Shown here one piece after another: positions 58,059-64,000 of a stretch of 64,000 nucleotides of DNA. Source of the stretch: a candidate division FCPU426 bacterium (lineage in GTDB: Bacteria; Oederibacteriota; Muellerivitia; Muellerivitales; Muellerivitaceae). The notes under the pieces are model-generated. The model ran no database searches and was not told the origin of the DNA. It saw only the letters and a program-made list of their open reading frames with translations. The stretch's first letter is position 1. Every line of letters begins with the position of its first letter. The stretch covers positions 1 through 64,000 of the forward strand of contig CAVYSE010000001.1 in NCBI GenBank assembly GCA_963771075.1, read 5' to 3'. The position numbers and the translations under genes are program-made.

Positions 58059-58232
58059 ATGAATTTTGGGCATCTGGATCCAAACCTGGTTTTGCTATTG
58101 ATCATCATTTTCTGGGTTATCTGCGGACGCTTCCTGATGAAATTAGCGATCGAGATCGTCCTGCTTTGGGCCTTGGCCCTGTTCGTTTTCTGGTACGCCG
58201 CGCCTTTCCTTGCCAAGTTTTTCCATCATTGA
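58059..58232 (+). CDS. 57-aa membrane protein (not in the ORF track)
   Basis: GAGGAG RBS; MNFGHLDPNLVLLLIIIFWVICGRFLMKLAIEIVLLWALALFVFWYAAPFLAKFFHH. Confidence 0.7.
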   Translation: MNFGHLDPNLVLLLIIIFWVICGRFLMKLAIEIVLLWALALFVFWYAAPFLAKFFHH

Positions 58233-58258
58233 TCCCCTAACCCCAAACGAAACACCCG

Positions 58259-58578
58259 GGTAGTGTCTCAGTTTAAAAGGGCTATTGATTTAATTCGTCA
58301 TTGCGAGGGTCAGCCCCAATCGGGGCGGTTTGTCCTACGATGCGCATTGGGCAACGTAAATCAGGACTATGCCGCTAACCCTTTGTCTTTTTTTTGTAAA
58401 GCGGCATGAACCAGGCATGTAGTAGTTGGCCTGAATTCGGCCAACCATCCTGGGGCTTTAGCCCCAGGACAATCTCGGGTTGTACAACTTGAACCTACGG
58501 CAAAACCTGGGATTCCCACGTCGCAAATCGAGCCTATCGGCTCAGCTCCTCGGAATGACTTCAAACTGAGACACTAAC
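58259..58578. mobile_element. MITE copy 2, inverted relative to copy 1
   Basis: Same TIR with one mismatch; 9-bp TSD AAACACCCG at 58250 and 58579. Confidence 0.9.
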
Positions 58579-58670
58579 AAACACCCGCATCAAGGTTGAT
58601 CACCTGCAATAGGGTGTAAAATAGCTGCCATTCCAACACTCGCCGGACTCACCGGCGGGGAGGAGGCCTG

Positions 58671-59717
58671 ATGCCGCTCGACCTGCAGTTGTTCCTCATC
58701 AGCGTGTTTTTCATCTTTTTCCAGGGAGTGCCCCGGATCCTGAAACGCCAAGGTTTGCCCCTCCAACTCAACTTCGTCCAGGTATCAGACGCAAGTTTTA
58801 CCGAGAGACAAAAGAGGCATTTCGGGGAACTGGACGAAAAGATGGCGAAACTGGGCTTCACGCCGGTCCTCAATTACGCGGTCACCAACCTGTCGGGGCC
58901 CAACATCAGCCGGTGCTACCTGAGCAGTCTGGACGCGGCCCGGGTGAACGCGGTCCTTTTGATCGGGAGCCGCACCCAGGTAAACCCCATCCAGGCCCTA
59001 TACCTGGAAATCAGCACCAACTTCAAGGATGGGACCAGCCTGACCACGATGAATTCCGAGACCGCCACATTCTTCGACCTCCTGCCGGGACGCGTCCGCC
59101 AGAAGTTTCCCGCCGTCAAGGACCCGGAGGAATTGAAAAACCTCCATGACTTGAAACTGGGGGAATTCAAGGACAGGGAAAGGCTTTATATCTCCAAAGA
59201 GGATATCTTCCCCCGCCATGAGAAATACCACGCGGAATTCTGCGAGTACCAGGTGAAGCGCGGTCTCCTGCGTCTCCATCCCGGGGAGACTCGTTACCGC
59301 TTGACCCTCAAGGCGACCCTGCGCGCAGTGATGAATTACCTGAACCCCTTCGCTCCGGGCCTCGTTTGGAAGAATCTTTTCTGGGCGATCCTGGGCGGGG
59401 TCTTGATCCCGGTAAGCGGGGTTTATTTCAGCCCCGTGATTATCCCATTCCTTCAACAGGCGATGGGGTTGGAACCGGTGACGCTTTCGTGGATCCTGGA
59501 CCTGGTGCTCTACGCCTTCGGGGGAGCGGTGGTCGGCTATGTCCTCGCCCGTCGGGTTTTTGTTTGGGGGTTCCTCCTGGCTTATTTACCCTCCCGTATT
59601 CTCACCCTCGCGGGTCTTCTCGCTTTCGAACCCCGTTTCATCCCTTTGAGCCTGCTGCTCACCTCGGTGGCCCAGGAGGTTTCGGTATGGAAGCGAAAGC
59701 GGGAAAGGATCATCTAG
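58671..59717 (+). CDS. hypothetical membrane protein
   Basis: GGAGG RBS; N-terminal TM, soluble domain, C-terminal TMs. Confidence 0.75.
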   Translation: MPLDLQLFLISVFFIFFQGVPRILKRQGLPLQLNFVQVSDASFTERQKRHFGELDEKMAKLGFTPVLNYAVTNLSGPNISRCYLSSLDAARVNAVLLIGSRTQVNPIQALYLEISTNFKDGTSLTTMNSETATFFDLLPGRVRQKFPAVKDPEELKNLHDLKLGEFKDRERLYISKEDIFPRHEKYHAEFCEYQVKRGLLRLHPGETRYRLTLKATLRAVMNYLNPFAPGLVWKNLFWAILGGVLIPVSGVYFSPVIIPFLQQAMGLEPVTLSWILDLVLYAFGGAVVGYVLARRVFVWGFLLAYLPSRILTLAGLLAFEPRFIPLSLLLTSVAQEVSVWKRKRERII

Positions 59718-59732
59718 CCTAGGTCGGGGAGG

Positions 59733-60590
59733 TTAGGGTGTACTGAAGGTGGTCGTGGAAATGTCGATATTCCAGTTTTCGTTATTGTAGCTGCGCGCGG
59801 TCACCGTCAACCCGCTGGCGGCGGCGGGAAGCACCCCGGCCGTGACGTAGGTCAGCCCCCCGGCGGGCGGCTGCGCGTAAGTGACGGTGGAACTCAAGGG
59901 GTTGCCCTGGTCCCCCCATACCCAGTAATAAGCCGGCACGATCTGGGGAACTTCCCAGGTGCGCGACACGGCGCCGGCCACCGTCCCCGTGGCGGTGAAG
60001 ACCGGGGCGGAGCTGGTGGTGGCGGAAAGGGCCAACCCGTTGGTCGAGGTTGAGGAAGAGAGGGCGTGCACCGTGACCGAGTTGGCGCTGGAGGGAAGGG
60101 TTCCGATGGCGACCACGTAATAGTAGACGTTGAAGTTGGTCATGCCGTTGGACCAGAACATGGTGGACCCGGGAATCTTGGCCCCCGTCGCGAGCAGGGA
60201 ATAGGGCCCGCCGGGACCGGTGGTGCTGTCCCAGACCTGGTAGGCGGTCACCGCGGCGCTGTTGTCCACCAGCCATTCCAGGGTGCCGTTATTCGTGGAA
60301 AGGTCCAGATAACCCAAAACGCCTTGGGGCACCGCGAGAGCCGTGGGGGTTGAGGTCGGAGTCAGCGTGAGAGTCGGTGTAAGCGTGAGGGTTGGGCTGA
60401 GTGTGGGGCTGGGGGTCGGGGATAGGGTGGGTGTACAGGTGTTGCCCGGAAAACCACAGGGCAGGGTGGTGGGAGTGTAAGGTATGGATGAAAGGGGGGC
60501 CAGGGTCGTGTTCTTCTGGCAATCCCACACTATCAGGGGGAAAAAAAGGACCGCGCCGAGGAGCAGAAGCTTTTGAGGATGGGGGGCCAA
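59733..60590 (-). CDS. probable lipoprotein with a Thr/Pro linker
   Basis: Hydrophobic signal ending in Cys, TPT tract, GGAGG RBS. Confidence 0.7.
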   Translation of the reverse strand: MAPHPQKLLLLGAVLFFPLIVWDCQKNTTLAPLSSIPYTPTTLPCGFPGNTCTPTLSPTPSPTLSPTLTLTPTLTLTPTSTPTALAVPQGVLGYLDLSTNNGTLEWLVDNSAAVTAYQVWDSTTGPGGPYSLLATGAKIPGSTMFWSNGMTNFNVYYYVVAIGTLPSSANSVTVHALSSSTSTNGLALSATTSSAPVFTATGTVAGAVSRTWEVPQIVPAYYWVWGDQGNPLSSTVTYAQPPAGGLTYVTAGVLPAAASGLTVTARSYNNENWNIDISTTTFSTP

Positions 60591-60733
60591 GGTTTCCCTC
60601 CCGATAAAATAATAACGTCACAAATGATTATACGCTGGTTTTGTTCCGGAGGGGTTCAGGGAGAATGGGGTTTTGCCCCAAGGGAACGGCCCTAAAATAC
60701 CTTTTAACGGCATTCATATATTGACTATCATCA

Positions 60734-61249
60734 GTGAGGTATTCAGCGCCTTCATCCCGTCCGGAAGTGGAGAAGAACCGGTTGAAAAATCGTCCCTGGT
60801 CCCACTCGATCTATCAGGCCCTGGAGGGGGTTCATTGCCCCTTGTGCCAAAGCGGCGAGGTGGCCTTGATCCTCTATGGCCAGCGCAAATCGGACCCGGA
60901 ATTGGATCAATTGATCCTGCAGAAAAAGGTCATCCTCTGGGGTTCCTGTTTCGGAGTGGAGAACCACTTTTGTTTCGGTTGCCACGCTTCCTGGGCGGCG
61001 AAAGAGAAGATCGAATGGCGGCCCGTCGACCCCTTGACCCGGGCCGATGGAAAAGCCCCCTGTCAGACCGAATTTCCCATGGGAGCCCGAATGCCAGCCC
61101 CGACCCTGCCTGCCCAGGTCAAGGATTTCATTTGCTCCCGGTGCCTGGAACGGGCGCCCGTCAAATACATCCGTTGGAACCTTTTCCATGGGGCGATCTG
61201 CCTAAAATGCGTGGGAACCCTTCGCCAGATCAAGAAATACCTGGGCTGA
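60734..61249 (+). CDS. Cys-rich hypothetical protein
   Basis: Four CxxC pairs; start uncertain. Confidence 0.5.
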   Translation: MRYSAPSSRPEVEKNRLKNRPWSHSIYQALEGVHCPLCQSGEVALILYGQRKSDPELDQLILQKKVILWGSCFGVENHFCFGCHASWAAKEKIEWRPVDPLTRADGKAPCQTEFPMGARMPAPTLPAQVKDFICSRCLERAPVKYIRWNLFHGAICLKCVGTLRQIKKYLG

Positions 61250-61259
61250 GGCAAAAGGG

Positions 61260-61883
61260 TTAATGGGGAAGCTGGGCTTCCGGGTTTGCCCCGGGATCGG
61301 CATCGGGATAGATCTTGACGGAATCCTGGTCCAACACCCCATTCTTGTAATTCGATTCGGATTTCAAACGGCCGTCCTCATAGAAGGTTTGATGCAGGCC
61401 GTGAGGACGATCGTCCTTGTTTCCCCATCTAAATTGGATATGGCCGTCCGGGAAATATTTTTTGGCGATCCCTTGCATGCGACCATTCACCATCGTGTAC
61501 TCATACAAAAGCTTTCCGCTCTTGGAAAAGCCCTGCTTCAAGCCCGTGATCTGCCCGTCCACATAAGGCACCTTGGCTGAGATCCATCCTTCCGGGCTGT
61601 AGACGATCTGGATTCCGTTTCCCTTCCCATAACGGAACCTTAATTTCCATTCGGGTTTCCCGGAGGGAAAATAACAAGTCGCGATCCCGTCGGGGACCCC
61701 GCCCCGATCCACGATCTGGCCTTCCGCGATGAATTGCGTGTCGACCAATCGGTTGTTGACATAAAACTTAGTGATGCCGTTGGCCGATTTGGCGGTAATG
61801 GCCGTTTCCCCGCAGAGGGCCTGGGCAGGGCAAAAGGGAAGGGTGCCCAACAGGATGAAGAGGAAGAATTTATAGGATTTCAC
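61260..61883 (-). CDS. secreted MORN-variant repeat protein (YwqK-like)
   Basis: Signal peptide; repeated YFPSGK / FSKSGK / YFPDGH / FYEDGR. Confidence 0.8.
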   Translation of the reverse strand: MKSYKFFLFILLGTLPFCPAQALCGETAITAKSANGITKFYVNNRLVDTQFIAEGQIVDRGGVPDGIATCYFPSGKPEWKLRFRYGKGNGIQIVYSPEGWISAKVPYVDGQITGLKQGFSKSGKLLYEYTMVNGRMQGIAKKYFPDGHIQFRWGNKDDRPHGLHQTFYEDGRLKSESNYKNGVLDQDSVKIYPDADPGANPEAQLPH

Positions 61884-62254
61884 CTTTCGCCCTTTCGAGA
61901 ATCCAAAGAGTTCAGGGATTCTTACCGGATCGATCCCTTTAGTTAGACTGAAAGATGATAGCCCTATCCCTCTTACTCCGGAAAGTGGGCGCGCGAGGGG
62001 AAGGACCGCTCTCTCCCTCCCAAAAAAACAGGGTGTGATATCGGCACCGGTTCAAATCCAAGTTAATAAAATCACCCTATTTGATTTTAACGGGAAATCA
62101 TTACTTTAAAACGGTCTCGAAACCGGATTATAAATGTACCCGTTTGTTGCTATTTTTGCGCTTTTAATGGGAAACTTCATCCGTCCGTAAAATCGTTTTT
62201 CACCTAATGAACAATGCCCATATTAGATCATTATGCCAGCAAGATTTGACGACC

Positions 62255-64000
62255 ATGGGGAGAATGGATTTTAACATTTCAACGTTTTTAATTACCAAAA
62301 CCCTCAGAAATGCGCGACTGGGAGTACTGCTCCTGGGCCTGCTACCTCTCGCCCAGCCCCTTTTCGCCCAATGTACACCTACCTCGGCCTCCCTTTGCGC
62401 TAGCGGCGATGATTTAACCACCGTCTATGTGGGGGGATCCCTCCTTGGCACTTTCAACTATGCCGGCGCGCCGGGTACCAATTGAGCCGCCAATCCCACC
62501 TGCATGACCGTTTCGACGGCCCTATTGACCGGGGCGCAAGTCTGCCTTTCCGTGGAGACCCAGAACACCGCCCCGGAGGACAATTTCAGTTCCTGGGACC
62601 TGGACATTACCTGCCAAGGCGGCAACCATTCGGAGATCACCAGCTCAGGAACGGGCATCTCGGTGGACTACGTCTCCGGCGGCAACCCCTCCGCGACTCC
62701 CATTCCCGACGGCAGCGGAAATCCCTGGTACGGCACGGGTTTCAATGGGGGCACCACCTTCCCGACCACCTTTTGCTCCAGCGGAGTGACGGCCTCCACC
62801 TGGGCCAACCCCATCTACAACCCGGTCACGGGAAAGGTCATCCCCTTCATCTCCAACAACTGCTCGGGCGATTACAGCACCAGCAATTCCACCGGCGCCC
62901 TTTTTTGGCACCAATGCACCACCCTACCCCTTCCTTCGCCCACGATCGGACCGCCCAATTTCACCATTACCAAGTCCCTGGAAAGCGCCGTCACCAATAC
63001 GTCCAACAACACGGTGACGGTTAATTTCAGCGTGGTGGTCTGCAACACCGGCGGGCCTGTCACGAACGGCCCCACCACTGTCTCGGACAATTTCCTGACC
63101 AACGTGAACCAGGGAACCTGTAACGCGTTCAACAGCTTTAATTGCTGGGGATACGGGGACGCCATGGTGCCCTTTACCGAGTGTTACTACAGCCCTCCCA
63201 ACGGCCTGGCGAACGAGCCGACCGTCACCAATAACCAGCTGATCTTCCCGAATTTCGGGACCGGATGCGTCACGGCGACGGCGGTGGCCATTAATTATTA
63301 CGACAATATCGCGGGCTGCGGCCTGACCCTGGTGGACCAGGCCTCGGTGACCTGGCCCAACGGGAGCAAAAGCTCCGGGGACGTAACCTATATCCAAACC
63401 ATTCCCGCCGCCACCACGCCCACCTTCACCCACACGCCCACCCGTACCCCGACGGTGACCCCCACCCGTACGCCTACCTTCACGCCCACCGTCACCCCCA
63501 CCCGCACCAACACCCCCACCGTGACCCCGACCAATACCAACACCGTGACTCCCACCGTCACTCCAACCAACACGCCTACCAGGACCAACACGGTCACCCC
63601 CACCAACACCAACACCGTCACACCGACGGCGACCCCCACGAATACCTTTACCCCCACGGTCACGCCCACCCGCACCAACACCCCGACCAATACGCCCACC
63701 CGCACGAATACCAACACCCCCACCGTCACCCCCACCGCCACGGCCACTCCGACCGTTACGGTCACCAACACCTCCACGAATACCTTCGTGGTGACGCCCA
63801 CCCACACCCTGACCCCAACGCCGACCGTGACCCCCACTGTGACGCCGACGAACACCCCCACGGCCACCCCGACCCGTACCAAAACTAATACGGTGACAGC
63901 CACCAGCACTCCCACCCTTACCAATACCGCCACCAATACCCGTACCCTGACCAGCACACCTACCGTTACGAACACACCCTCGGTCACCATGACCACGACA
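62255..64000 (+). CDS. large secreted Cys- and Thr/Pro-rich protein; in-frame TGA at 62483; runs off the window
   Basis: Signal peptide ending LFA-QC; frame appears open after the TGA through FTITKS (DUF11-like) and a long TPT tract; start uncertain. Confidence 0.7.

Noticed and set aside
54454..58578. Composite transposon formed by the two inverted MITEs
   Set aside because: Each copy has its own distinct TSD, indicating independent insertions.
25699..62485. Genome-wide stop-codon reassignment
   Set aside because: The internal stops include TAA, TAG and TGA, and all three also end intact genes in the window.

Overview
A bacterial chromosomal window. Housekeeping genes include gap-nfeD-SPFH-pgk-tpiA-secG, lnt, an argC/lysY-like reductase, tRNA-Glu, a cyclophilin, queA, tgt and gltBD. 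It also has two LacI regulators, two CBM9/GH-A glycoside hydrolases, a quinol-type NO reductase, a ClC channel and several Thr/Pro-rich secreted proteins. An accessory island (~33.9-45.9 kb) carries toxin-antitoxin pairs, an IR-bounded Y1 (RAYT-like) transposase and the main finding: an effector-less cas1-cas2 pair followed after 22 bp by a 37-bp CRISPR-like repeat. The only other copy of that repeat I found is identical and lies 3,477 bp away. The DNA between them is a gene-sized chromosomal fragment: dnaX cut near its 5' end exactly at the repeat, plus a membrane-protein gene. It looks like one kilobase-scale spacer integrated with repeat duplication; misassembly still has to be excluded. 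Four +1 frameshifts in conserved genes suggest residual sequencing errors. All calls were made by eye from motifs; no searches were run.
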